A stretch of 64,000 bases of DNA, taken from NCBI GenBank assembly GCA_022605425.2, contig JAKIMF020000011.1, positions 682,001-746,000 of the forward strand, in the 5' to 3' direction. Each line of letters opens with the position of its first letter. The stretch's first letter is position 1. The notes under the pieces are model-generated. The model was given only the letters and a program-made list of their open reading frames with translations. It did no database searches and was not told the DNA's origin. Both the position numbers and the translations under genes were made by a program. The DNA comes from Hamiltosporidium tvaerminnensis FI-OER-3-3. Its lineage: Eukaryota > Fungi > Microsporidia. Shown here one piece after another: positions 9,975-24,081 of this stretch.

Positions 9975-12900
9975 AAAATAATTTGCCTCTAATATTTTTC
10001 TTTTAGTGGATCACTTTGTGAGAAATAATCTCGGGCAAAGATCTTTGTTTTTTGCCTTCGTTTAGTCGAGTTTTTTTATAAATTATATTTTCTCAGATTT
10101 CTTTCATTAGATTTTGATCCGAATATTTTTTAATTCCTAAATAACTTAGATTGTATATTAAAAAATAAAAAACTTCGAGCCTAATTCACACACTAGTATT
10201 CGTAAAATCGCAAAAAAAAAACCATTCTTCTGCCCATAAATTTTTTGCTTAGATTAAGAATAAGATTGGTTATTAGTCACAAAAGTTAAAAAACCCAAAA
10301 TAACCAAAGCTCGGTATTTAAATTTCATATAATTGGCAAATCTAATTTGAGCTTTAAAAATCTTAAAAAAATAAAATATTTTGGGTTGATAATTTTTTCA
10401 GATGGATCAAAGATAGATATAAGGGTATGAAACGATTTTTGACTCTATTCAATCATTTAATATTCCGATGATGTAGAGACCATGTCATTCCTATGGATAT
10501 TCAACTAGATGAATCAACGTAACATATACATATAAATGATTCTACAGTGAATTGCATCAATCAACTACATCAAAATCTAAATTATCAGTATATTCATATC
10601 TCAAAGAATGTATAACTTTTAGATTTAAAAACGATCACCGTTCTATAACGTTTAACGAAGATTTTTAATTTTGGAAGTTTAAATTTAAGTTGGTTTTAGA
10701 CTTTCTTAGATGAGTTTTTTATAATAAAGTTGTTGCAAAATTTTCATTTTTTATATATATTTGAACAAACTCTAGAATATTCTAAACACAATGTCTAAAT
10801 ATTTTTTTTTCAAATTAATATAAATTTTATTGACACAAATTAGTATTAGTCTCGGATTTTAATATTTTCAGTGTAAAACATGATGACTGTAATATAAATA
10901 AAAAGTGAATTTAAAATTGATGTCAAGATTAAACACAACGGATCTGAAATATAAGATAGAACAACAATTATAATTAAATACGCTATTTTACATTTGCATT
11001 ATTAAAAGATTGAATAAAAAAATATTTAAGCAGCTTTTTAGTAGATATTTCGGTAGAAAATCTTAGCAGTATGAATTGATTAGTATTAAGTATATCTGTG
11101 TGAAACTTGGATTATATATGTCTAAGTACAGAAGAAAAAAATATTTATCCTGCTATTTTACCATAATAAAAGCTTGTATAACGCATTGTTTTCGAAGATA
11201 CAGTGGACTATATAATTATATTCCATTAAGAATATTAAATTGGTACTAAAAAAGGATTATGATTTATTTAAAGTATATCTTGAAATAATAGAAACTAAAT
11301 TGAAGCTAAAAATTCTATGTCATATTGATTATAAATTTATATTGTTTATCAAATCACAAACTGTTTTAACTTTTAATGAAAAAAAAGACTAAGAAAATAG
11401 AATATAGTGTAGAAACAAAAAAATAAATCAACTATTAATGACAAAGCTAAAAATATAACAAAATAATAGGTAATGTAAAACCAAAAAACACAAAATTATA
11501 CTTAGTTTATATGAATTCGATTATAAATTTAAGAATAAATATTATTCTTTGATTTTAGAATGAAATCTTTGGATAGGAATAGCTTCTAAACATTTCTGAT
11601 TCATTTATATTTCTAAATATAATAACGTAATTTAAATCTTGTTTAAATATTTAAAAAATAATCTCAGTTTCAAAGAAATTGAGTAATTTACGTCTTGACT
11701 TTCAGATAAAAGCAATAATTTTATATAATCTATATTGATAAATTATTTATTTTGAAGATTTAATTTTTTTTATAAATTCGTTTTAATTTATACATTTTTT
11801 TAATCTTATTTGTTATATAATTAAAGTAATATCTTGATTTAGATTTTATCAAGTTATTATCTAATTTATATATAATTCAATCTTTCGAATTTATTTTTTG
11901 ATTCTATTATATATGTGTGTTCTGCATATAAAAACGATATAACCGTAAATATATTATTCTGCACCTTCTAACATGTGATATAATTTATTTTAATTTCACA
12001 GAAGAATATATAAATGCTTCATTATATTCATTAATAGAAAATCTTGATTTTATATGTAATACAACACAAAGACAAAAAATCTTAATAATTTAAAAGTTTA
12101 ATCAAGATTTTTGTTTAGAGATTTCTGATTTCATAAAAAACTCTTATAAATTCTGTTTAGAGTCTAAATTATAAATTTATTTTGTAGTTTTAATATTTTA
12201 TCTTTCTACTATTCATATGAAAAAGCATACGATGGCTAACTATAGTCTACAAAAAAATCTTTGATGAAAATATAAAAATAAAAATTAGCACAAAATAGAT
12301 AAAAAAACCTCAATAAAATTAATCGTCTTAGAGCAAATCTTGAAAAAGAATAAATTAGAGAGTTTTATGAATTAAAGGTATTTTTGAACCAGAAAAATAA
12401 ACAAATATAGAAAAAGACGAAAAATAAACAGATCTTATACAAGAAATACCTTTCAAACCAAACAACATGGTTTATATTAAGAGTTCTAAAATGAATGTTG
12501 TACATGAAATTATTCGACAAAAAATGTTGGCAAACGATTGAATAGTAAGAAATTTCAAAACATTAGAAGCTTTAATGTTTTCTAAATAATTGTAATACAA
12601 TTTTCTAAAGCCAGACTTATTCTTTTTGAAAATTTTTGTGAATCTTTTTAAGAAAATAAAAGTTTTCATATGAAAGTAACGAATCTCAAAATTTTAATAA
12701 AATTAATCTTTTTATTATTAAAATAATTTATTTTAAAGTGCAAACCAAAATTGATTCAGGATATTTTTTATAGATTTTTTTTGAAGATTACTTTCGTTTC
12801 ATAAAGTCTTTTTTATAAATGTGAATTTTTAAGACTCAATATAGAATCTTTTGAATAGCCTTACTCCAATTTCAAAATTTTTCTTTCCTATAAATGTTAC

Positions 12901-13542
12901 ATTCGGTGTTCTATTATATTACATATTAAACTTACGAGATTAAAATTTATTTGTATTATTATATCTTATTTCAGTAATAAATTATAAGGAGATGAATGAC
13001 GATAAAAATGAAAAGAATGCTACTTAGTGTATATCTGTACATAAAAAAAATAGGTTTTTAAAAATTAAATTCTTATCATCTGATGGAGAACAGTAACTAA
13101 AAAAAATATAAAACATATTTTTCAAATCTTCACATATAATTGAAATACTTAAATACAAATTTCAATACAAAGATAATTTCAATATAAACTACTAATTCGA
13201 AAAAATGGAATATTTAAGTAGAAAACAGTCACTCTAGAAAATTCTCATCTAATTCATTATTAAATTATAATTTTGATCTTCATATATAAAATTAATCGGA
13301 AAAATAGATAAATGTTAGAAAATATTGTATAAAATCCGAATTTTTTCGAAAAAAGAAAAAAATATAAGCTTTTATATTTTTCACTTAATACTAATATAGA
13401 AATATACCAAAATAATTTTATATATATTAGCTTTATTTGTTATATTTTTTGCAAAATATAAAAAATAAATTATCAAATTTTTACGGTAATTTACCAATAA
13501 GTATTAAGTGTAAAATATAAAAGCTTAAAAGAAAATAATCCC

Positions 13543-15052
13543 ATGTATTTTCACAAATTTCTTAGCAAGAATAATTATATTCTCATAGTTTCTTTGTTTA
13601 TAACGTGTAAATCTTCGTATAATTTAAGAAAAAGAGGCAGGACTAGTCTGGCGACGAAAAAAATCAAAAAACACCAGAAAAGGTTTCAAAGCTTAGCAAA
13701 AACTGTTTGAAAAAATGTTCAACAAGCAACACACAAGCTGGAAGCTCCTCATCTAATCCAAAATGTAAAAAAATCGATTTTAAAAAAACAGAAACCAAGA
13801 TACAGTCTTTACCCATGCGAACACCTGGTAATTTATCTTGTTCTTATCAATGTGAAGATGAGCGTAATCTCGATTTAAGCACACCAAAATCAAATACTAT
13901 CCATGCTTCTGATAAAATACATACAGATATTGACCTAGCTCGTTGCCTAGTCTCTCACCAATCTTATAGTGCCCCTGTCCTAGAGACATCAAATAGTCGA
14001 ACTAGATATAGTTTTGAAAAATATTAGAGAATATAGATTGAATGAAATATATCAAGACATATCAATAATATTTAAATATAATGTTTTGTTCTGTGATGCT
14101 TATAATACAATGGCAGTAAATACTTTTTTTGCAATACTTGATAAATTGCTCGAGATGGAGAAAAACATTATGAATGATAATCATTTTAGGACAATGGAAT
14201 ACAAGCAGCTTTTTAAAGAAAAAATCGAGGAGATCGATATTTCTACTTCGCGATCTACTATACTTTCAAAAGTACCTGTACTCAAAATCCTAAAAAAATA
14301 TGTCGATATCAAGAAAAAAAACGAAGGTTTTACATCAAAACTTTATGTTTCAATTTTCTTTGCTCTCGAATTTATCGAAAGTATTATATTCAGATTTCCA
14401 GCAGAGATTGAGCATATTATGAACCGTAATTCCTATTTCTATCCACAAAATTGTGATTTTGATATCCATATGAATATTAATTTAATTTTATATACTGGCT
14501 TAGCTTACATTGTACAAACAAGTACAATTACATTTCCAGATATACCTAAAAAAAATTTTAAGATATTACTTCCATTTTTCTGAAGCAGTAGAGTGGCATG
14601 TTGCAAAGCGCGGTAATAGATTTATTTATGGGAGATTATTTTTGAAAATAAAGATACATTGTATTTACTTGACGTAATGTTTTACTTTGATGATTCTGAT
14701 ATTAGTGATATTTATGCCTGTTTTGAGTCACTTGAGGGTAAGTGCAGATACGAATTGAATCTCAATAAGGAAACCGAACCAATTATGAAACTTTAAGCAA
14801 TAAACTTATTTATAAAATAATTGGGTATTTTTCAAAATAATCGAGTCCGAAAATATCGAAATCAATACTGCATCATCTTCTTTTGATTTAAATGACACGA
14901 CTTACAGAATTTTAAAAGAGCAATTCCAAAATGTTCCAAGCAAATGCAAAGATACTTTACTTGAACTCTTTCGAAGTACTTACAATTTTTTCCATTCGCA
15001 GAAGAATTCCTCAGAAAAACAAGATCAACATTTTTACAAAGAAGATTCGTGA
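13543..15052 (+). pseudogene. frameshifted member of the secreted-protein family
   Basis: AATAATCCC-ATG; N-terminus MYFHKFLSKNNYILIVSLFITCKSS. Continues through ORF pieces 13707-14027 and 14014-14583 and a further frame (EAVEWH; YLLDVMFYFDDSDISDIY). At least three frameshifts. Confidence 0.85.
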
Positions 15053-15429
15053 GTTTTTATTGGATTTTTTATAAATTAAATTATGATTTATAATATTTAT
15101 TCTTTGTGTTTTTTTATCGATATTATTATTTCCAAATGTTAAAATTTTAACTTTAGTTGTTTGATTCAAGTTTTATTGTCATCTTTAATAGTGGATTTTT
15201 TGGAATTTGATTCATTTTATTTCAATAAACTTCTATTTATATTTGATAGTAAAAAAAATGCTCGCCTTAGATTTTTATGATATTCAAATATTAAAGATAA
15301 TATGAGCTTAAAAATTATAATATGTAATTTGAATATTATAAATCTCGAATTAAAACTAAATATTCTACCTTACCGGAATATTATTTTACACCTCATTTAA
15401 TAATAGATTGATTCAAAATGGTGTACAGT

Positions 15430-16140
15430 TATTTTAACTTTTACATACCACTTCATTTCAATACAGAAAAGACATATTGTATTATTTTCAATGCCTTAAT
15501 GCAGTTCTAGGGTTAACATAAATAGTTCTCTTTAAACACACCAACGGTACCTCATACGATTCTTACATCCAGAAGCTTTTAATTTAAAAGGATTGTAACG
15601 TACACTGATGAGGAAAGTAATTATCCAAACTGTGTTAATGTTTGTTGGATGGAGTGTATCGTGAATCGAAACCCACTTTAAGTTTTCCGTGACTATGCCA
15701 CATTCCTCTCACTTATGATTTTCCAAAGTCACTATACTTCTAGCTAAGATATATTTCGTCCCTTTACATAGAGTCTACGTAACTAGTGCAATTTCTTACC
15801 AACAGTTGTAACCTGTTAGTACTTTTTTAAATGTACAATTCCTGTATATACCAGGCGCTGGATTCCTTAATCCGAGTAATCAGGCTATTTTCTCAGCTTT
15901 ACATGATGATTATTATAATTTAAATCGTAGTTTTATAAATAGTTGCCAAAAAACGTCAAAATGAATTCTTGTAACAGGTTTCACAATTTCTTAGTGTTTT
16001 TTCATCCTTATAAAGGAATCTATGGAACAACAAGTGATTTAATGTGGTTGTATTTCTACATAAAATCCAAAAAGAAAACCAAGACGTCAATTTCATTTCT
16101 TTATTGCCGAACAGATATTTTTTTTGGAAGTTATCCTCTG
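15430..16140 (-). mobile_element. ~730-nt element, old diverged copy B
   Basis: Recognisable blocks: gcagttctag..ttaacataaat, gatggagtgt, ctagctaagatatatttc, ccaggcgct, tatggaacaac, gttatcctc. No TSD seen. Confidence 0.8.
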
Positions 16141-17269
16141 TTATCTTGAAATGACTACAATGATATTCACAAATATAGCTCAGATTTTTCAAAAATATCG
16201 TAATTCCTTCGTTATTTATAAAGTTAAGAAATAAAAATCTAATAAAAACCATTTCCTTGGCAATAAGTGCGTAGAATTACTGTGAAATTCAATGTTGCTA
16301 TTTTAATGGAATATAAAACACACAGATTGTAGGTCAATCCGCTTTAATTACGAAATGACAGATTAAAAAAAAAATAAAACATTTATTTTGCATCTTCGAA
16401 ACCGAAAAATAAAATAAAAATAAACCAAATAATTTGATATTAAAAAACTTCCGGGATGCAGGGTTTCTATCATGTTGTTGAACGGTGTAATTAATATAAT
16501 AACCGATGCTCTATGTTCTTTACCCAATCTAATGCAATACACGAATAATCTGATAACATCAAGATCCTGATTAATGGACCTAGAAAAATACATATAAGTA
16601 AGCTTCAAAGCCAATTAAAGTAGTAAGCGGGAAACAATAATATTCAAGCAAACTTACATTTTAGCGATAATCGCTTGTTCTAACTCAATTTCACCATAAT
16701 ATAATATCTTAAAAAGTAAAAAAACATCTTCTTTAGATTCAAATTGAAATGTATACGTAAATCAAATTCAAGAAATAATAAGGTTTCAGAGGTTGAGCCT
16801 TACTTTCGAGAACCACAACTACTAATTTACTTTAACTCAGTGATAGCACTAATAAATATTTACATTGGTTTGAACTTTCGCATAAAAAATCTTAAGTAAA
16901 CGTAATACAAGATTATAAAACAATTTATCTTTGTTTTTCTCTGTAAAAATTATTAGTTTTTTTCATCATTTTTTATTAGAAGGTATTTATCATAATATTC
17001 TCGTTTTAACTTTATAAAAAACCATTGAAATTATGTTTTAGGTATTAATGGACTTAGAGTCGGTTTTGCGCATTTTTTTATGGCTTTTATCCAGTTTTTA
17101 TATATCTAAGTGTATTTTTAATTTTTTAGAACCTTCTTACGAGATTATATATCCTAGAACAAGTGGTTAACATTTTGTAAGATTATGTACACGATTTTTT
17201 TCGCAATTGCACTATATTATTAAGGAGTATAAAAGCTAGGTTTCCCCACCATTTTAAGAGCAGAATTAA

Positions 17270-20250
17270 CTTAGAGTATTATCTGCTTGTCGTAAGAGGC
17301 CATTAAAGAGACTTTTCCTTGACGTAGGAATTGGCGTAGGGCCAACGGTCCACCCTTTGTAACCACTAAGTTACGAAACCAGAAAAAATTAAACAGACCA
17401 ATTGGAAAAAACCGGTGAGCAGTATTACCGAAGGCGACCAGGGCTCCTACAGGGCTGTAGTGCCGATGATGATATAGACTGAGCCTTCTATTTCTTTCTA
17501 TGATCATTATTAATGATTTCAAAGCTTTATATGTGATTTTTCTATCTCATACTGCCTTCTTGCTTAATTTAAAATCGTAGTTCTCTTCGTATTTTTAAGT
17601 TATGGCCTTTATATGTGGCTCTATTCATATATGTATTTTAAGTTCTAAAAAGTAAATCCGATATATCTAGTTAATACCGTTTCTCCTTAAATCAAAGGAA
17701 ATCTCATTAGGCTAAAGTAAGCGTAGCCTTTATCGTTATGCCGAATCTACTATCTGTATTTTTTTACTTACTGAATTCGAAACAATTTTTTTGGGAAGTA
17801 AATAGCGAGTTGAACGTATATACTCTTTTTGAATTATATTAAAAAATATAAATATTTCTATAGGGCATTGAAATTTGTAATATGTTTTCTTAGATGGTTT
17901 ATTCTGTTTTTGCATGTCCCTTTGGGAATTTCTGAACTGGATGATTCTTGATAGCTCAATATTAAAGCCGATTACATATTTACGAGATAGAATAAGTTTA
18001 GAAATATCTTCATGTCCTTTTTTTGTCTAAAGTAATGCTGTATATCCTTTATAGCACGTCGAGTTAGAAACCTCTACTCTTTAAAAATGTCTACAGTGAA
18101 AAGCTTTTCTTTTGCATCCTAAAATACATTTCTAAATCTTTTTTCTACTAGAAGATATCTTCATCTAGTGGCTTTATGACAATTTCCGTGATCTATGGAG
18201 AAGATCTCAACCTTGAAAAATTACTACATTTTAGCTTTCCGCCACTTTAAGTATTTGTTTTCTAGGTTATTCGTAATGTTTGATATTCTGGGTTTTCGCT
18301 TTTATTTAGACGCTTTATACCATAGCATTTTGATTTATATGCCTTTTACTGTTAATTATTAGGTTCATTGGTACATTTAACTTTTGAATTCTCACCCTAG
18401 TAATAATATGTTTACTTTTTTAGAGCAATGCAAAAGTCGAAGAATAACATGTTTAATTTCTTACCCGCGAGAAGTACGGATCTAAAAAATTATGTTTGCA
18501 AGAGTTATGCGTTTTCTGATTTTTGGTCCAGGCTTAAATTATTTGTCATCAACAATTTTTTCATTATATAACGTACAAAAGTACATTGTTTTGAGCCGGA
18601 ATACTCGGAAATTCCAATTATGTAACGATTCCTGTATTATTATGTTACAAAATAAACCCGCTGCTTTCAATCTTGATAACAGATTCTCGCATGTTGATTC
18701 TTGTGTTTATTTGTATCGCGTTAAATGAACATTGTGGAATATTTAATCAGTATTTTCTTTTATAGTTACAAAAACTAACATTTTATTATGATAGCTGTAT
18801 CTTCAGATAACTTATCATAAGTGGCAGATTTCTCCCTATTGAATTGTATTATCGCTTATAAGTTCTTTCCTCTTGTTTTAAGTAAATACCAGCTTAAACA
18901 GTCTACTGCAGATCATATAAAAGACCAAATTAAGAAATGTAAAGTTTTTAGATTATGGTTTCCGCATCTATAGCGCCTTCTATGTGCCTAAAACTTGATT
19001 TCTAAAACCAAGGTTTCATTAAAAAACAAATAATAAATATCAAGTTATCGCAAGTATGTATTTATCGAAATATAATTAAACGTACATCCTTCTATGCTCT
19101 ACTGATATCTCAATATCGCATGTGATAAGTTACGTGAGCAAATCTCTGGATTCAAAAAAAAATTCTGCTTTTAGTTCATTCTGTTAAAAAATATGATCTA
19201 TGGAATTAATGTTTTTTTATTTAATCCAAGCAACTCTTAACTTGTTTCCATACCCCTTATTGAAATAATATTACTAGATTTCGCTCATTAAGCTTCTTTG
19301 ATTGCATTAAATAGTGTCTCTGATCAAAACCCTGCATTCTAATTACAGTTAAACTAGTTTTGTAACTTATTTTGCTGTAAAATTACAATTTTTTGTAAAA
19401 GTAAGTAATTGATTTGTAGTATGAACTTCTATGTAGATACCTCCATAAATAAAATTTGAAATCTTGTTGAATTGATCTTAATGTGAACGTTTGTTCAAAT
19501 ATGACTTTTAAAATATCTTTAAGATGTATAAAAATATTCATAAGCGTCAAAGGAAATAATTTTAAATACCATGTATACCCGCGATTCGAAACCTGAAAGT
19601 TTATTATCAATATTTTTAAATACCACATGCGAAAAAAATTTTCTATGAAAAGCACCGGAAACCAATCGATTTTAATATTTCTTACATGAACGTGCTGTAT
19701 TTTTTTTGATTTGCAACTTAAATAAAACATTTCATTTCTCTATGAATGACTATTTATTAAAATCACCTCTTTCATTCGTCTCTGAAGATATTAAATTAGT
19801 AGTAGTTATAACGAACGATTCAACTTTTGGAATTTCTTTTGGCACTATAAATCAATATTCATTAAAAAAACATTAAAGAACTCATATTTTCTAATAAAAG
19901 CCTTCAATAATCCTAATGGCAGTTTTATTTAAATCAATATAAAGATAGCTTTCATTAAGGCGTTTCTTTCAGAAATAGGGTGTTTTCTCTATGTATATTT
20001 TGCTTTGAAAGCCATAGCAAATAAATACAAACTTAAAATTTCAAGTTTCTTTAGTTTTTTTTTATATGACTTTGAATTTTTTCTACGTCTTCCTAGTTAT
20101 AGGATATCTGCGTAGATTTTAAATTTTTTTGCGCTCAAAATTGCCAGATTAGATAGATCTTTGCAGATTTACACTGCATTTAATAATTAAGTCGGAGTTT
20201 TAGCATTTCGTATATATTTTCAAGTATATATAGGCATTCACTTTTTTTAA
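17270..20250 (-). mobile_element. decayed RLE non-LTR retrotransposon of a diverged subfamily, with GC-richer 3' tract
   Basis: The minus strand gives AGIHGI*NYFL (~19555-19585; cf. AAGIDGIYNFF), an LLANE-like segment (~17705-17720) and a C-terminal EIINNDHRKK*-like segment (~17490-17520). Boundaries approximate. Confidence 0.6.
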
Positions 20251-20949
20251 ATTCTCTACTTCTTTGCTTGATTTAACTAATATTTTTTTTAGTAAAATTA
20301 TGTAATTAGCAGCCTATTAAAAAAAACGTTGTTCGGTTATACAGATTAATTATATGCAGCCTTCTATACTCTTCTTATCTGGTTACATTTTCAACCTTAT
20401 TATGTGGTAATTTTTTGTAACACATCAATCGTACCAAAACAATAGAAGTTCTTATTTTAATAAGAATTATGGTTGGATTTTACTAGGCATTTGTTCAAAT
20501 AAAAGAATATCTTATATGGCTGCATATGGTTCATGAATTTAAGCTTTTTTTGTGGTAAAAATCAATCGGGAATAAAATATTTTTTTCACTAAGGTATATA
20601 AAGATATTTTTTAAGACAAAAAACTATTGAAATATATTTGAAATAATTAAATAATCTATCAATCAATCGACACTCTAAATATTTTAAAATAACTGTTAAA
20701 TCTGGCTTGCTAATTTAGATTTATTTCTTGTAATAACTGCTATTTTCACAGAAAAATTTTAAAAAAATTTTTATTTAGTCCAGAAGTATTTTAAATAAAC
20801 AGGAATTTAATCTATATTTTTAATTTATAGCAAATATTTTTATCGAATTATTTCTTTGATTAAATATAAATTACAAAATAACTTTTACATTTATCTATTC
20901 GATTCAATTTTTAAAAAAACTTGTTTAATTTATCTAAAATCTGGTTTAT

Positions 20950-21795
20950 ATGAAAGGAAGGAAACGGCTCATTCTTGTTGGCGTTATACTTGTTCTTATT
21001 GGATTTATTGTATTATGTGGTTATTTAAAAATTATTCGTTTAGATAAAATAGAGTCGTATTATTTGGAAGATTTAGAAAAAGCAACTAATGCATTCAATA
21101 ATTTTAATTCTGATGACATGAAAGATATCAAAAAAAGATTGTGTTTTAATTTAAAAAAACACAGAATATTGCACATGGCAGTGTATAAAATTGGATATCT
21201 CGCAAATGATATTTTATATATACTCGATAGAAACCTATTTTGTATTTCCATACCGTATTCCATTGTAAAAAATTGTGACGAATGTTTTGCTACGAAATCG
21301 GAAGATGTTCTGATGAAACAAATCAACCGTTTTATGAATAGATCTATGAAAACACAAGAAGAATATCGAAAAAAAAAATTTGAACCAGAAGAATCGAACG
21401 TAAATTTTTGGGTAAAAACTATCGATCGTACAAAAGGAACAAAAAAATCATATTTTGTGAAATTGATTGAAAAATTTAGGAATAAAAAATTCATGCATTT
21501 TAATTACAAAAGGTTTTGCCGGTTTATCTATGAGGCGAGTAAACCACTACAAAAAGATATATTTAAAAATTTTTACACCTATGATCAAAATTGGTGCTAT
21601 CTATCAAACAGATCTTCGTATTGTGTCTTCTTAAAAGATAAAATGGTATTTTATATTCTTAAAGATGCAAAATCTGATGGAGAATTTATTGAAAAAAATT
21701 ATGAAATAAAAGTTTTGAATTTCAAATTTGATACTAGTACCACTATAGATCTAGTAGCATGCTTATATAAGGCATTGGAAGTCCAAAATTCTTAA
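20950..21795 (+). CDS. hypothetical protein with N-terminal transmembrane anchor (type II membrane protein)
   Basis: 281-aa ORF: MKGRKR followed by hydrophobic LILVGVILVLIGFIVLCGYL, then a soluble domain with a CDEC motif. Confidence 0.8.
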   Translation: MKGRKRLILVGVILVLIGFIVLCGYLKIIRLDKIESYYLEDLEKATNAFNNFNSDDMKDIKKRLCFNLKKHRILHMAVYKIGYLANDILYILDRNLFCISIPYSIVKNCDECFATKSEDVLMKQINRFMNRSMKTQEEYRKKKFEPEESNVNFWVKTIDRTKGTKKSYFVKLIEKFRNKKFMHFNYKRFCRFIYEASKPLQKDIFKNFYTYDQNWCYLSNRSSYCVFLKDKMVFYILKDAKSDGEFIEKNYEIKVLNFKFDTSTTIDLVACLYKALEVQNS

Positions 21796-23049
21796 ATATT
21801 AAAATGTTTTTTTCATATATTTAATTTTAGTTCCTGATTTACAAATTTATTTTTTCATTATGGCAAATATGATCAAAACATATTTTTAAGAAAAATAGAT
21901 ATGATCTCTTAAAAAACAATTAAATTTTAAAAAAATCTTTGTAATATTTTATAATCCACCTGTGTTAAACCGTTTGGTTTTTCAGCCCAAAAACACCATT
22001 TTCGCCTCTTTGTTTGCTTAAAACATGTTGCTCTCGTACAAATACAAACACTGAAATTATAAATCTAGGTTTCGCAAGAAAGTTCAAGACTAACTTAATA
22101 ATTCACTTGTTTTTTTCGTTCAATGTACCACCATTTTTTCTAAAAAAATTTTAGTAAAAATATCTTTTTTTGAACCATACCAAGCTTTTATTTTTTCACT
22201 AATCATTTTTATATTCATGACTTTCACTTATTTTTAAGTACACCATAAACGTTTGTTTTGTAAATAAATTAATTTCTTTCTTTAGTCTAATTTTAAAAGG
22301 ACAGATTCCGTTTATACTTATAAATTATATTTATTATAATTTTAGGTGTACCAATTAAAAATTTATTAGATTTGAATGGGATATAAATCTGCTAGATTAG
22401 TTAATAAATTTAAAATAAAATCCTCAAAAGATAATTCAATCATCAAAGACAAAATTCATGTATATTTATAAAAACCTGGGCATTAATCAAGTTACACAAC
22501 ATATCTTAATGTTTAGCGGGAATATATTTGTAAAAACTGCTAAGATGGTTTGTAAAGTTATTTGTGATACATAGATCTCGATATAAAAGCTATATATCAT
22601 GAAAATCTATATGAGTCGTTGATAAATTTTTCGAGCCCAAAACAGGAATCTTAATATATTTATTACCCTTTATGAACTTTTAAGTCTTTTTATAATCAAA
22701 AATATATAGATTTTGTTCGTTTGCTTGGGTTTTAATATACCTTTTAATTCCAACAACATCATTGGCTAATGGTTAGTAGTAAAAATCTTTTTAAACATAT
22801 AAGCATATCACATGTTACAGTGTTATACTAATTAAACAAATATTAGTATAAAATTCTTAGTCATGTCACCCTGAAAGATTTATATGTGGAAAAATCTATT
22901 AAACATGAGTCTCATTTGGTTTAAAACCTAATTTTCACATTTTTCAGTTTAATAGATTTTTCAAGGTTTCTAATGAGTATAAGGTGTTTCACTGAATTTC
23001 CGATTATCCATTTATTTTACAGAAGATTATTATATCGAGAATCTTGAAG

Positions 23050-23773
23050 GGTGGTTAACCAGATAAAAAACTATCTGCTTGTTATTGAGTCAAAAGATTG
23101 ATATATGAAACCATCGTTTGAATTTTTGCGTGGGGATAAAACCACAATACATCTTCAGCTGTTCCATAGCAGTTTGTATGAGGAGGAGAAAGTCTAAGAG
23201 CTAGCGAAGCTTTCTACAAATTTATTTTGTAGTTTTTTACGTAACTAGATTGCAGACCGTGCTTAACATGTAGGTAATTTCTATTTAAAAGCATGGAAAC
23301 TTAGCCTTTCTCACTCGGGTTAGAAGACTCAGCACTTTGTATTAGGTTATAAATACAAACTCATTTAAAACCGGGTGTGCTAAGTAGCAGGTTATTCCGT
23401 TGATTTGACATTGAATGTTTAGGTGGACTCCTGTAAGTTTCTAAGATATATCTTTCCTAGAATTTTATTGTGTTCAGAAAATATAGGGTAAGTGAGAATG
23501 CTGCATGGTCTTAGGGGAGCCCAAAATAGGTTTCGGCATTCGATCACACTTATTGCGACCGACATTAACAACGTCGGGGCAACTGGCTCGCCTATTAATT
23601 AGGTTCTAAACACTTAGTAGATAAAGACTTTATGACGTAGATATCGCAGCATGTACTGATGAATTAATGGTAAACCAATTATTTATGTTAAACCTAGAAC
23701 TGCGTTAATGGCATGAAAAAAAATATAAACCTGACCACTGTATTTCAAGAAGATGGGATACTTTAAATTAAAG
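23050..23773 (+). mobile_element. ~730-nt element, diverged copy C
   Basis: Colinear with copy A throughout (ctcactcgggttagaagact, gctaagtagcagg, ttatgttaaacctagaactgcgttaatg). No TSD seen. Confidence 0.9.
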
Positions 23774-24081
23774 TTTTATAATAAAATATCGTGTTTTTAC
23801 ATTAATTATAACTTAATCAACTATTTTATTTTATACCGGTTTATTTTTAATTTATATTTATTGCCTTATCGTATTTATTTAGATTATTACCTAAAACATT
23901 TATATTCATCTTATCAAAGATTATATCAAAACATAGTTTAAAGCAATTCGTAAAGTCTTTTTTAAGTATTTCAAACAGAAGAACAGATTGAATAATAACC
24001 ACATTAATTAAAAAAAATGATTTGGTGCTTATTTTAATAAATGAATTTAAAAAGTGAACAAATTTGCCCAATAAATTTAAA

